A stretch of 64,000 nt of DNA from a virus, in IMG/VR virus record IMGVR_UViG_3300021963_005267, positions 32,001-96,000 of that record; one strand, written 5' to 3'. The notes under the pieces were generated by a model. That model did not search any database, was not told the DNA's origin, and was given only the letters and a program-made list of their open reading frames with translations. This document shows positions 10,508 through 20,291 of the stretch, in pieces (the stretch's first letter is position 1; every line of letters begins with the position of its first letter). Both the position numbers and the translations under genes were made by a program.

Positions 10508-11392
10508 ATGACTATGAGAAAAGAATCATTACAAGAATTTGCTCAGCTATGCGAAACCTTTATTGCAGAAGCTAGCACCTCAATGGATCTTGTCAGGTCC
10601 AAGAACGGCGGTCCTCAGGTTATCAAAAAATTGCATAGCCAGGGGCTATCACACGAACAAAGCTATCAGCCTATAGAAAAGATCAGTTGGAGTGAGCTCA
10701 AAGGCAACTACAATAACAACTGGGTTATCATTGTCGGTGATCGTGGAGTTGGTGCAATCAAAGCCAGCGAACGAGATTATGAAGCATTAGCTAGTTCAGG
10801 TGGCGATGTTCTATCTAAGAGAGACGATCGTGGCGGTAACATATTAGATTTCTTAAAAGGTAACATAGGAGGTCTACGTAAATTTTATGTAGGTAGAGGA
10901 TCTAGTGATGTTAAAGACAAAAAGAAACAACGTGCTGATCTTAAGAAACAAGCAGATGCTACTACAGTTACTAGAAAAGATATCGTAAAGAAATTTAAAC
11001 CTTTGTGGGATAAAGCATTAGAGCAGGCCTATGCCGATGTTAAAGGCATGGCTGTTACAATGATCAAGAACGATGCTTTTGAAAAGGCTAAAAAGAAACT
11101 ATCCCAATTAGATTATATCACAAACGCTAGAGAACACATTGAATCTGGAAATACAGACTTCCCAGAATATGTAGAAAGTGCTGTACAGACAGCTATCTCT
11201 ATGGCAGCAGTATATCACTATCCAGAATTATCCGGAGAAATACAAACCTCTCGATACGGTTACAGATCCTCGGGATATACAACAACAAATGACGAAGGCC
11301 CTCGCAAGTTACTTCAGGACATAGCTAACGGAGATACTGCAAAGTTAGGATCTATATTGGCATACTTCAAGAGGAGCTTAGTATCAGGATGA
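10508..11392 (+). CDS. Hypothetical protein (start may be 10514)
   Basis: Long ORF directly after ATAAATA (10502). Confidence 0.65.
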   Translation: MTMRKESLQEFAQLCETFIAEASTSMDLVRSKNGGPQVIKKLHSQGLSHEQSYQPIEKISWSELKGNYNNNWVIIVGDRGVGAIKASERDYEALASSGGDVLSKRDDRGGNILDFLKGNIGGLRKFYVGRGSSDVKDKKKQRADLKKQADATTVTRKDIVKKFKPLWDKALEQAYADVKGMAVTMIKNDAFEKAKKKLSQLDYITNAREHIESGNTDFPEYVESAVQTAISMAAVYHYPELSGEIQTSRYGYRSSGYTTTNDEGPRKLLQDIANGDTAKLGSILAYFKRSLVSG

Positions 11393-12597
11393 GATTAATT
11401 ACAGATTTAGAACCAACATTTGAGCAAGCTCTAACAGAAGCAAACATAGCTTCTAAGATCAAAGATCCTCAAAAGATTAAATTACTAAGATTAGCAGTGC
11501 TTCACGATTCAACATTTCCTAAGCATAAGATAGCGGCTTTAGGACCAACGGCATTTCGTCAAGACCAGGATCCCAAGAAGCAAGCAGAGAACGATCAACA
11601 AATTCTACAGCTCTGGAGCGACACCATTGATAGATTATTATCAAACACTGAGTTTGGAGACCTTAGCGCAGACGGCAAGTTTGACGATTGGTTGTTTAAT
11701 CTTTATATTAAAGGTGCAGCAGACTACGAAGATATCTCGGGTGAAGCTGTTAATGCGTTAGGCATCTGGAAAGTATTGAGCAGGCGTGGTAAACTCAAGC
11801 CAATCGATCAGGACTTTAATAAATTTAAATCTATCAAGACTCTACAAAGAATTCGCAATGACAGAGATTATAGAAGAGAACTAGATCGTATTAAGGACTC
11901 AGAACGTATTGAAGCTCTTAAGCGTGATGCCAAACAGACTGTGTTAATTGACGATAATCGTTTCTATGTTATTGTTCCATTGAACTTCGGTAGTTGCTAT
12001 GTAACAGATAGAGGACAAGGATATACTCCTAACTTCTGTACAAGTTCTAGCAATGGTCACGAATGGTTCCAGCGTTATGCTCCAGACGGCATTATCGTAA
12101 ATGTAACAGATAAACAAAACATAGATGCTGAAGATGGCAAGTGGCAGATGCATGCTGCTACTAATCAAATCGTCAGAGGAGATCAGGAACGCAGACACGA
12201 TGTATCTTATAACGATCAACGATTTGCAGATCTGTTTCCAGGTCTAATGAAACGAATACTAGCAGCCTTAGCCAGCAAAGCAGATGAAATTAAACAAGGA
12301 TCTGTTAATCTAACCCGAAGCGGCGAAGGTTACGATGTACAGGCCAACATTGACATGATGAAACGCAAGTTCCCAGCATCATTTGCATCAGAAGCTCCGG
12401 CAGAAGAAGAAGAGGATACTGGTCCAGGAACTTATTTGATCACGCATACAACATCTGGCAGAACAGCACGAATCACAGCAGAAAGCAAACAAGATGCTAT
12501 TGACAAATTGTTAGCTAGACATCCAGACGTAAACCTAGAAGAGTTTACTATCAAGAAGCAAAAAGAAGAACCTACTGACGAGGATCTAATTCAGTAA
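11389..12597 (+). CDS. Hypothetical protein
   Basis: 402-aa ORF coupled by ATGA overlap. Confidence 0.7.
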   Translation: MRLITDLEPTFEQALTEANIASKIKDPQKIKLLRLAVLHDSTFPKHKIAALGPTAFRQDQDPKKQAENDQQILQLWSDTIDRLLSNTEFGDLSADGKFDDWLFNLYIKGAADYEDISGEAVNALGIWKVLSRRGKLKPIDQDFNKFKSIKTLQRIRNDRDYRRELDRIKDSERIEALKRDAKQTVLIDDNRFYVIVPLNFGSCYVTDRGQGYTPNFCTSSSNGHEWFQRYAPDGIIVNVTDKQNIDAEDGKWQMHAATNQIVRGDQERRHDVSYNDQRFADLFPGLMKRILAALASKADEIKQGSVNLTRSGEGYDVQANIDMMKRKFPASFASEAPAEEEEDTGPGTYLITHTTSGRTARITAESKQDAIDKLLARHPDVNLEEFTIKKQKEEPTDEDLIQ

Positions 12598-12692
12598 CAC
12601 CTACCTTAGGACGTTATCGTTACATAGGTGTGCCCGGCTGCTGGGCAGAGCGTTATGGGAGTCGTGCCCCGGAATGGCGCTCTAAGTGAGCA
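12597..12692 (+). ncRNA. Candidate structured RNA of unknown family between convergent genes
   Basis: GC-rich patch with three adjacent stems: ACACCTA/TAGGTGT, GCCCGG/CTGGGC, AGAGCGTTAT/ATGGCGCTCT. Confidence 0.45.
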
Positions 12693-12899
12693 TTACCAAT
12701 GTCTAATAGTATTTGCTATAATAAAACAGCAAGTCACTACGTGTATAACTACCCAGAATGTTTTTAAGAATAATGCTATCCTAGCTTCTCGGATAGTTAA
12801 TACAGGTACTGTGGGCCGATCCTCGTCGGTGTGACCCATTAGATGACCAGTGGCTCTGGCCCATATCCGTTCAAGACTTCTGACCGGTGATGATTTCAT
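12693..12899 (-). CDS. Small membrane protein
   Basis: C-terminal hydrophobic helix IALFLKTFWVVIHVVTCCFIIAN. Confidence 0.55.
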   Translation of the reverse strand: MKSSPVRSLERIWARATGHLMGHTDEDRPTVPVLTIREARIALFLKTFWVVIHVVTCCFIIANTIRHW

Positions 12900-13461
12900 A
12901 TACTTCTCGCCAATTTTTAACTACAGGATAGGTACATTCGTGATGCATATTGTGCCCGTGTTCAATAAGAATCGAGCTCAATCCCAATTCGTGCCCAACA
13001 TCAGCATTAGCCGGCTTATCTTCGATCCACCACATACCGCTTTGCTTATAAGGAGATAACGCACCGTCTTTATCTGCTCCGGTATCTAGACAAATCACAT
13101 CTTCGATAGCATTACCAAACAACTTACGCAGATTCATTTCTCGAAGTCTTTGTGCGTTTTTGTCTAGGCTCAAGCTAGTAATGACCCGGAACTGATATCC
13201 GTGCTCTTCGTGGAGCCGTTTAACATAGAACGTGCTGTCTCTTAATGCAGGAAGAAATCCAATGGCTGCTGATTCGTTAAAAGTCTTTACAACCTTCTTA
13301 GCGTCTTTCTCGTCTAATTCATTGTAGTGATGATGCAGGTAATAACTTTTCTTGTTGTCTGCGGTAAGTGTGTAACCACGTTCTTGCATCCAAACTGAGA
13401 ATGCCCATTCCCAATCAAGTAATACGCCGTCTGCGTCTGTGAGTATGATTTTGTTTTTCAT
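12871..13461 (-). CDS. HAD-superfamily phosphatase / 5'-nucleotidase-like
   Basis: ILTDADGVLLDW (DxDGV motif I); WIEDKPAN. Confidence 0.8.
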   Translation of the reverse strand: MKNKIILTDADGVLLDWEWAFSVWMQERGYTLTADNKKSYYLHHHYNELDEKDAKKVVKTFNESAAIGFLPALRDSTFYVKRLHEEHGYQFRVITSLSLDKNAQRLREMNLRKLFGNAIEDVICLDTGADKDGALSPYKQSGMWWIEDKPANADVGHELGLSSILIEHGHNMHHECTYPVVKNWREVYEIITGQKS

Positions 13462-13670
13462 TTATAAAAAAGTCCAAAAATGTAAATTGCCAATAGTCCA
13501 CCGTTAATAACCACAAGGTTCCATTCTTTGATCCTTAAACTCCAAATCAAATAAAGAAATGCTCCTGCGTTTAATAACCAAATATTGGTTGGGTCTATTC
13601 GTAAACTAGTGCAGACTGCACCAGCTAGCGTTACAAAACACGCAGCCCATTTTAAGATAGAGTCTAACAT
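13458..13670 (-). CDS. Small 3-TM membrane protein, leaderless start
   Basis: Start reassigned to MLDSILKW (13670), placed by the promoter; three hydrophobic segments. Confidence 0.65.
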   Translation of the reverse strand: MLDSILKWAACFVTLAGAVCTSLRIDPTNIWLLNAGAFLYLIWSLRIKEWNLVVINGGLLAIYIFGLFYK

Positions 13671-13676
13671 AATCCT

Positions 13677-13705
13677 ATTATATACACAGTTATAGATCTT
13701 GTCAA
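13677..13705 (-). promoter_or_regulatory. Consensus sigma70 promoter
   Basis: TTGACA-17 nt-TATAAT on the minus strand; ATG follows after a 6-nt gap. Confidence 0.85.
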
Positions 13706-13763
13706 GTAGTTTGTTCCAGTTGCTGCCCTGCCATAAATACTGGGTCATATTAAAGGAGACCCC

Positions 13764-14972
13764 GTGAAACAAAGAAATTACACACAAGACACAGTCCGCA
13801 AGTTACAAGGCTCATTACAAATTGAGCATACTTTAGCAAAACGTGGCGCATACAAACTACGCGAGCTATTAGCAAACGAACCATACGTTAATACGCTAGG
13901 CGCATACAGCGGTCAACAAGCCGTTCAACATGCCAAAGCAGGACTCAAAGCAATTTACCTATCAGGCTGGCAAGTAGCCGCAGCCGCAAACACAGCAAAC
14001 CAAACATATCCAGATCAAAGTTTATATCCAGTAAACTCTGTCCCAACAATCGTACGACAAATTAACAATGCTTTCCGTCGTGCTGATCAAATTGAATACT
14101 CAGAAGGTAATGCGACTACAGATTACTTCTTACCAATTGTAGCAGATGCTGAAGCAGGCTTTGGTGGTGCGTTAAACGCATATGAACTAATGATGGCAAT
14201 GATTGAAGCAGGAGCCGCAGGCGTACACTTTGAAGATCAATTAAGTTCAGAAAAGAAATGTGGACACTTAGGTGGTAAGGTTTTAATTCCTACTAGCCAA
14301 GCAATTCGCAACCTACAGGCCGCACGTCTAGCAAGTGACGTAGCAGGTGTTGACACAGTTATCATGGCACGTACAGATGCCGAATCTGCTACACTGATCA
14401 CTAGCGATCATGACCCATTAGACAAGGATTTTATTATTAATGAACGTACTGACGAAGGTTTTTACAAATTTAAAAACGGGCTTGATGCTTGTATTAGGAG
14501 AGGTCTTGCTTATGCCCCTTACGCTGATCTCCTTTGGTTCGAAACTAGCACACCTGATATCAAACAGGCTAGAGTCTTTGCTGAAGCGATCCGTGCCCGT
14601 TATCCTGATCAAATGCTTGCTTATAATTGCAGTCCTAGTTTTAATTGGCAAAAGTTTTTAAGCATTGAAGAATGTGAAACATTCCAACGTGAACTAGGCG
14701 AACTAGGTTATAAGTTTCAGTTCATAACACTAGCAGGCTTCCACTCGGTTAATCTTGCTACATTTGAACTTGCTGAAGCATATCGTTTACGTGGTATGGC
14801 TGGTTATAGCGAAATGCAACAACGTGAGTTTGAAGCACAGGCTCGTGGCTTTACTACTGTTAAACATCAACGTGAAGTTGGCGTTGGTTACTTTGATTTA
14901 ATTAGTGAAGCAGTTGGTGCTACATCTACAGTTGCTAACAAGAGCTCTACAGAAGCAGATCAGTTCCACTAA
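13764..14972 (+). CDS. aceA: Isocitrate lyase
   Basis: [33 protein letters not shown] (catalytic KKCGH), [16 protein letters not shown]; GTG start with AAGGAG SD. Confidence 0.97.
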   Translation: MKQRNYTQDTVRKLQGSLQIEHTLAKRGAYKLRELLANEPYVNTLGAYSGQQAVQHAKAGLKAIYLSGWQVAAAANTANQTYPDQSLYPVNSVPTIVRQINNAFRRADQIEYSEGNATTDYFLPIVADAEAGFGGALNAYELMMAMIEAGAAGVHFEDQLSSEKKCGHLGGKVLIPTSQAIRNLQAARLASDVAGVDTVIMARTDAESATLITSDHDPLDKDFIINERTDEGFYKFKNGLDACIRRGLAYAPYADLLWFETSTPDIKQARVFAEAIRARYPDQMLAYNCSPSFNWQKFLSIEECETFQRELGELGYKFQFITLAGFHSVNLATFELAEAYRLRGMAGYSEMQQREFEAQARGFTTVKHQREVGVGYFDLISEAVGATSTVANKSSTEADQFH

Positions 14973-14979
14973 ATATTAA

Positions 14980-15687
14980 ATGGAAACTATTATAGCAACG
15001 TTAGTGATGACGCACATCACAATAGTGTGCGTCACACTATACCTGCATCGTGGACAGGCTCATAGAGGCATAACCTTTAATTTTATATTTGAACATCTAA
15101 TACGTTTTTGGTTATGGCTTACTACTGGTATGGTCACAAAACAATGGGTGGCGATACATCGTAAGCATCACAGATTTAGTGATGAACAAGGCGACCCGCA
15201 TAGTCCGCACGTATACGGTATTTGGCGTGTGTTGTTTAAAGGTGCTGTATTATATCATACTGCAAGTAAAGATTCTGAAATGATTCAACAATACGGAGTT
15301 GGTACTCCAGACGATTGGATCGAACGTAATTTGTATACCCCACACAGTCGCTGGGGGATTCTCTTAATGTTGGTCATAGACCTTGTTCTTTTTGGACCTG
15401 TAGGACTAGTAGTTTGGGGTATACAAATGCTTTGGATTCCTTTCTGGGCCGCAGGAGTAATTAACGGCCTTGCTCATTGGTGGGGGTACCGCAATGGTGA
15501 AACAAAAGATAGATCTAGAAATATATTTCCTATTGGCATTATCATTGGTGGTGAATGCCTTCACAATAATCATCATCTTGAGCCTGCTAATCCCAAACTA
15601 AGTCGTCGCTGGTTTGAGTTTGACATAGGATGGATGTGGTTTAAAATCTTTAATTTATTAGGATTGGCTAAACTTAGAAATGTTTGA
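14980..15687 (+). CDS. Membrane fatty acid (delta-9 acyl-CoA type) desaturase
   Basis: Three His boxes HRGQAH, HRKHH, HNNHH; TM segments; FDIGW. Confidence 0.93.
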   Translation: METIIATLVMTHITIVCVTLYLHRGQAHRGITFNFIFEHLIRFWLWLTTGMVTKQWVAIHRKHHRFSDEQGDPHSPHVYGIWRVLFKGAVLYHTASKDSEMIQQYGVGTPDDWIERNLYTPHSRWGILLMLVIDLVLFGPVGLVVWGIQMLWIPFWAAGVINGLAHWWGYRNGETKDRSRNIFPIGIIIGGECLHNNHHLEPANPKLSRRWFEFDIGWMWFKIFNLLGLAKLRNV

Positions 15688-16303
15688 ACGTGTGCCTGAG
15701 CCAGAGCTGATGCTGGACAAAGAACAGTGTGAGACATACAATCAAGAGTTCATAGACGATCAATCAATAGTAGAAGATTTCGTTAACTCCTACAAACAAT
15801 GCATAGGACTTGATCAAGGGTCTGTTGTTGATCTAGGGTCCGGATCTTGTAACTTTATTATTGCACTGGCTAACGCCTACCCAGGTTTAACTTTTACCTG
15901 TTATGAAGCCAGCGATGAAATGATAAAGATAGCAACAAACAACATAAGGTCTGCAGGGCTGGCCGACAGAATACAACTAGTACAACAAGACTTCTTTAAC
16001 GCCACTGGACAATTTGATGTAGCAATTGCTAACAGAGTATTACATCACGTAAACGATACAGAAAGTTTTTGGAATCTAATTTCTAAACTAGGAAGCAAAG
16101 TCTTAGTATGTGATTTGGAAAGACCTTATACTTCGGAATTCTTAAACTATACCCTTCCTGCAGATTTTATTAATTCTTTAAAATCTGCATACACTGTGCC
16201 GGAAGTATCGGATCAAATAGTTAATTACGATTACACCATAGAGAAGAAATCGTTACCAGCTGATCTGTCCAGATTCACAGTGTTTACCAAAAAAGATAAG
16301 TAA
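15680..16303 (+). CDS. Class I SAM-dependent methyltransferase
   Basis: VVDLGSGS; FDVAIANRVLHHV; DLERP. Confidence 0.85.
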   Translation: MFERVPEPELMLDKEQCETYNQEFIDDQSIVEDFVNSYKQCIGLDQGSVVDLGSGSCNFIIALANAYPGLTFTCYEASDEMIKIATNNIRSAGLADRIQLVQQDFFNATGQFDVAIANRVLHHVNDTESFWNLISKLGSKVLVCDLERPYTSEFLNYTLPADFINSLKSAYTVPEVSDQIVNYDYTIEKKSLPADLSRFTVFTKKDK

Positions 16304-17000
16304 CATCGCCTTTGACTACTGCGTAGGCCTGCAGGGTCATTCGTTGATCTTTAGTCCCATTAATATCTGCGTGTCCTACTCTGTGCAGTATCTTTTTTGT
16401 TTGTATCAACAAAGATCCTTGTGTGTAATGCACAGTTTGAAATTCTTTTAATTTACAATCAGGATTACCGCAATCGTCTCCGAGCAAATCGTGATGATTC
16501 TCACACAGCGGAGTTTCTGGTGCGTTTCGATCTGAAGTAAATTCCGCTTCTGTTTCTGGAAAATAATCGAAGCTAGACTCTGATCCAGAGATCATTAGTC
16601 CTAGTACATAGTATCGATCAAAGTATGTATCAAACTTATCGTAATCCGGAAACTCTACATTGTAAGGGTATCTAATTAAGATCTTGTCATAGTGCCATAC
16701 ACAGGGTCTATTGGAAAAATCTCTTTCTATTATCTGAAATCCTGGACGAGCAAGGTATTGGCAGAATCTAACTTCTTTTTGAAAAAGTGATGATACTTTT
16801 TTACAGAATAAATCAACGGTAGCAAAACTGTATGTGTTATTGTTTAGATAGCTGTCGTTTTGATTTCTTAAATAGCTGTTGCCCAACACAAACATATCTG
16901 TGTCCGGACATCGGATCCACTTATCTTTATGTTCTGTTATTTCTTTTGCAGCATCTGTGCATTCTTGTGCAGTAAAGAAATTTTCTATTAGGTTGATCAT
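16284..17000 (-). CDS. Hypothetical protein, possible 2OG-Fe(II) oxygenase fold
   Basis: VWHYD ... ILHRVG ... RMTLQ (HxD...H...R spacing). Confidence 0.55.
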   Translation of the reverse strand: MINLIENFFTAQECTDAAKEITEHKDKWIRCPDTDMFVLGNSYLRNQNDSYLNNNTYSFATVDLFCKKVSSLFQKEVRFCQYLARPGFQIIERDFSNRPCVWHYDKILIRYPYNVEFPDYDKFDTYFDRYYVLGLMISGSESSFDYFPETEAEFTSDRNAPETPLCENHHDLLGDDCGNPDCKLKEFQTVHYTQGSLLIQTKKILHRVGHADINGTKDQRMTLQAYAVVKGDVTYLFW

Positions 17001-17015
17001 ACCCTATTTAACAGA

Positions 17016-17035
17016 AAGCCCCCTTGCGGGGGCTT
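17016..17035 (-). terminator. Intrinsic terminator hairpin, possibly bidirectional
   Basis: AAGCCCCC-GCAA-GGGGGCTT followed by TCTGTT on the minus strand. Confidence 0.75.
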
Positions 17036-17066
17036 ATTCTTATCATATACGCTCTATGAGCTTATA

Positions 17067-17336
17067 TTATTTCTTCACGCCGGCATTAACAAATGAGTAC
17101 ATTTTTTCGGCGGCTTCTAATACTTTATCGACACCTGGATATTCAGGCATACTAACTGTTGTTACGATCTGACCAGTCTTCTCATCACGAGAAGCAGTCA
17201 TTTCCCAACCGTGTAACTTAGCGTGGAATTCACCCTGGATGTGATCCTTAGCCAATGCTAAGATGTCGGCACGGATTTCGTAACCGTTTTTATTAAATTT
17301 AACTTCTGGTAGTTTAGGTGTTTCAAATTGTGACAT
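17067..17336 (-). CDS. Conserved hypothetical phage protein
   Basis: AAGGAG SD; KNGYEIR...YP..DKVLEAAEKMYSFV. Confidence 0.7.
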   Translation of the reverse strand: MSQFETPKLPEVKFNKNGYEIRADILALAKDHIQGEFHAKLHGWEMTASRDEKTGQIVTTVSMPEYPGVDKVLEAAEKMYSFVNAGVKK

Positions 17337-17365
17337 AATGTTTTCTCCTTTGTGTGTATGTCTGT

Positions 17366-17596
17366 TTAAGCCTTAGAGCTGGCTTCTGCTTTCTTTGGAA
17401 ACAGTACCTTGGATACTGATTCTACGGAATACTTAGTCATGTCGATAGTGTTGTTAACAGCCATCTTGGCAAATTGTGTTTGCGCATCAATGTATGCGTG
17501 GGCTGCTTTGTTTAAAGAGGGATCTTTAAAAATCTGATCAGTGATGATCTTTTTAGTAGTTTGAAAACTATCGATGTAAAAGTGTGGTGTAAACAT
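17366..17596 (-). CDS. Phasin-like small helical protein
   Basis: AGGAG SD before MFTPHF; amphipathic helices, YIDAQTQFAK. Confidence 0.5.
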   Translation of the reverse strand: MFTPHFYIDSFQTTKKIITDQIFKDPSLNKAAHAYIDAQTQFAKMAVNNTIDMTKYSVESVSKVLFPKKAEASSKA

Positions 17597-17672
17597 AAAA
17601 TTCTCCTGTGTGTTTAGTATGTGTAACATTATATATCTCTATCCTATGTAAATGCAACTATATATGGCTAAA

Positions 17673-17792
17673 TCAGTCTCTTAACATCAACTGTTTAGCT
17701 AGGTCTGGATGACCTCTTCTTGCTAATTCCGCCGCTGCTCTGGCTCTGCCCATCGATTCAAAGAACGCCTTGATGTAAGACAACAAGTTCAT
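17673..17792 (-). CDS. 39-aa hypothetical protein (MNLLSYIKAFFESMGRARAAAELARRGHPDLAKQLMLRD), not in ORF track
   Basis: ATGA overlap with the upstream gene; AGAGGA upstream. Confidence 0.5.
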   Translation of the reverse strand: MNLLSYIKAFFESMGRARAAAELARRGHPDLAKQLMLRD

Positions 17793-17971
17793 AGCATAAA
17801 TCCTCTCTGTTTGTCGTAGCCGTATTGAACACTCCAGTGTTCTACATCTGCGGCACTCTGTGGGTACTTCGATAGGATGTAGCGTTCTAGTTCGCTTTGA
17901 TAGTGTTGCTTTGGGAACATCTCTGCTAGCCGCTCTAAAAGCAATAGCATTTTTTCTGATAATTGTTTCAT
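17789..17971 (-). CDS. Small hypothetical protein, DUF3563-like
   Basis: LERYILSKYPQSAADVEHW; AGAGGA SD. Confidence 0.5.
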   Translation of the reverse strand: MKQLSEKMLLLLERLAEMFPKQHYQSELERYILSKYPQSAADVEHWSVQYGYDKQRGFML

Positions 17972-18102
17972 TGTGTTATCCTCTGTATGTGTGTAGACTC
18001 AGTGTTTCTACTGATTTATTTATGCTGCGATCGCACGAACTCTAAATAATTTTGGACATCAGAAATGATTTAAGGTAAATACTACATTAGATAATTACAT
18101 TT

Positions 18103-18372
18103 ATGAAACTAAGCACTCGATCAATACTTCAAGAACTTAACTCGATTGCCGAGGTAAGGCACACTGATTCTGTGTTTGAAAGCAGGGCAGTTAATATCAT
18201 TAACTCTGCGATCAACCTTATAGAATCTATGAAGAAGCACTATACAGCTGAAGAAGCAGATGAGCTAGAGCGCAGACTGTTGAATTCTATCAAAGGGCAG
18301 GATGCTGCCAAATTTACCCGAGGCATACGTAAAGTTGCCGAAGATCGCAAATCCCGCAAAAAAATGGTCTAA
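18103..18372 (+). CDS. Hypothetical protein
   Basis: ORF after GTAAATA motif. Confidence 0.65.
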   Translation: MKLSTRSILQELNSIAEVRHTDSVFESRAVNIINSAINLIESMKKHYTAEEADELERRLLNSIKGQDAAKFTRGIRKVAEDRKSRKKMV

Positions 18373-18448
18373 GACCCTGGTTCTCCAATAATCGGATAAA
18401 TAACTATGGCGACCTCTGAGCGAGGTTATTTAAAAGGAGAACTTTATC

Positions 18449-18823
18449 ATGCCAAATACATATTCAGATCTAACAAGCGAAACAGTTGCAGCCAATTATG
18501 GCAAGCACGTTATCAACCAAGCTGACGTAGGCCGCGAGCTTATCGTTAAAGTTGCACTAACAAACATGACCAATGCAAACGTTACATCAATCCGTAACGC
18601 AATCACTCTACCAGGTGGTTCTGGTGGTACTTTACCAGCTAACACTGGTGATGCATTCACTGTAGCAGCTATCGGTACAGCAGATGGTTCAGCTTTTGTA
18701 AGCGGTACCACTGACGTTATCTATATGCGTGTACAAGGTACTGGTACATTTGACACAACAGACGCAGCAGCAGGCACAGGTGCTACTGTTACCGTTGAGG
18801 CAGTGTTTACACCAGCAATGTAA
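18449..18823 (+). CDS. Putative virion structural protein (Thr/Ala/Gly-rich)
   Basis: ATAAATA at 18396, AAGGAG SD, terminator downstream. Confidence 0.6.
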   Translation: MPNTYSDLTSETVAANYGKHVINQADVGRELIVKVALTNMTNANVTSIRNAITLPGGSGGTLPANTGDAFTVAAIGTADGSAFVSGTTDVIYMRVQGTGTFDTTDAAAGTGATVTVEAVFTPAM

Positions 18824-18845
18824 TTTTCCTAGGGATGGGAAGATG

Positions 18846-18871
18846 AGGGCGGATTTATTCCGCCCTTTTTT
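18846..18871 (+). terminator. Intrinsic terminator
   Basis: AGGGCGGA-loop-TCCGCCCT followed by a T tract. Confidence 0.8.
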
Positions 18872-18895
18872 GTTGGCCATAAATAGTAGCACATT

Positions 18896-19303
18896 ATGGC
18901 ACGATACACTGTAATCACTTTTGTAGATATCACACGGACCAATCCCACAAGGTCCGAGACTGATAAACTTAAACTAGCACAACAATCAAACTTCAATAGT
19001 TTGTTGCAGGCCATTGGTCTTAGATCCAATGTCAATTGGGAAGAAGATCCTAAAAAATTATCTGGGTGCTATCACAGTGTGTTTGAAGGCAAAGCCAATC
19101 ATTGGGTTTGGACATTCGATACTGAACGTGATGATGTATTCTTGCAAGACGATGATCCTGTAGCACTATTAGTAGAAGACCTACACGGAGTACCCATAAT
19201 AGATCAATTAGAAAATACAGTAGATATCTACCCTGCGGTGTTTAAAACTCGAGGTGACGACATCAACACCTGGATCAAAATACCATTCGATATAAATAGT
19301 TGA
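18896..19303 (+). CDS. Hypothetical protein
   Basis: ATAAATA at 18879; 135-aa ORF. Confidence 0.65.
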   Translation: MARYTVITFVDITRTNPTRSETDKLKLAQQSNFNSLLQAIGLRSNVNWEEDPKKLSGCYHSVFEGKANHWVWTFDTERDDVFLQDDDPVALLVEDLHGVPIIDQLENTVDIYPAVFKTRGDDINTWIKIPFDINS

Positions 19304-19386
19304 TACAGGCAAACATTTTAGGCATTCTTAACTTAGGCACATGTCCATAACGGACCTTGACTTAACATACAGGAGAACGGCCTAGA

Positions 19387-19776
19387 ATGGCTAGAGTAAC
19401 AGCACTGCAACCAGTCGCGGAGCGAGTAAGCGTACTGGAGACTAAAGTTGAAAACATAGACGAAAAACTCGACGATCTCAAAGCAGACGTTAAAGATATG
19501 CACGATTGTTTAGATCGTACTAGAGATTTGATTGATACTAAGCTCGATAATATGTTAGATGAGTATCGCATCAATAGGGACAAGTTTTACGAGCATGCCG
19601 ACAAGCTCAACTCAGAGCAGACTGCACAGCACAACGAACTTGCAGCTAAATTATCGGAGTTAGAAAAGGTCAAGCACAAATTTATGTTGTACGCTATGGC
19701 TGGATTAGCATTTGCAGCCGGCGCTGGATGGATCAATCATTTGGATCTAGATAAGCTAGTCAAATTCTTTTTATAA
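19387..19776 (+). CDS. Coiled-coil protein with C-terminal TM helix
   Basis: Heptad repeats then FMLYAMAGLAFAAGAGWI; AGGAG SD. Confidence 0.65.
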   Translation: MARVTALQPVAERVSVLETKVENIDEKLDDLKADVKDMHDCLDRTRDLIDTKLDNMLDEYRINRDKFYEHADKLNSEQTAQHNELAAKLSELEKVKHKFMLYAMAGLAFAAGAGWINHLDLDKLVKFFL

Positions 19777-19796
19777 TATAATAACAACATTTAAAT

Positions 19797-19819
19797 AAAG
19801 GAACCCCGGTTCCTTTTTT
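19797..19819 (+). terminator. Intrinsic terminator-like hairpin
   Basis: AAAGGAAC-CCCG-GTTCCTTT plus T tract. Confidence 0.6.
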
Positions 19820-20260
19820 ATGTCCAATATAAACCGTAATCTTAAAACGGTAATTGAAAACACCCATAAGAGGCTGTACGAAAATTACCAAATAATGCCT
19901 GTGAAAACAGAACAGGGCATTCTGGTAGGTACGGTTTTGATAGTCAGCAACGAATCGGTAAAAGATCTTTACCTTAAAGAACAACTGGTTTACAAAGATG
20001 TAAGTCTAAATCAGGTAGTCATAAGATTAGCTAACATATTAGCCAAGGACGGGAAAACTGCTAGGGCTGATGTGATATATAGGGCAGATCAGGAGTATGG
20101 CAAGTTCCTAACAGAAAGCCAACTATTACGTAGACAGTATCAAAAATCTCGAGAATCACAAGATCACGATAGGGCTGATATGCTATTAGCCCGGTACTGC
20201 ACAGCCCGCGACAAAGCCCTATCAGCTAAAAAACAAGTTTTGTCTTTGGTCGCGTTCTGA
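19820..20260 (+). CDS. Hypothetical protein
   Basis: 146-aa ORF in the + strand block. Confidence 0.65.
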   Translation: MSNINRNLKTVIENTHKRLYENYQIMPVKTEQGILVGTVLIVSNESVKDLYLKEQLVYKDVSLNQVVIRLANILAKDGKTARADVIYRADQEYGKFLTESQLLRRQYQKSRESQDHDRADMLLARYCTARDKALSAKKQVLSLVAF

Positions 20261-20291
20261 ATAAATATACAATAATTCTGGATTTATAAAC

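Noticed and set aside
12597-12834. SRP RNA on the minus strand (AGCAGCC) and ORF 12628-12834
   Set aside because: SRP helix-8 context is missing; the ORF overlaps a structured region and an opposite-strand gene and has no SD
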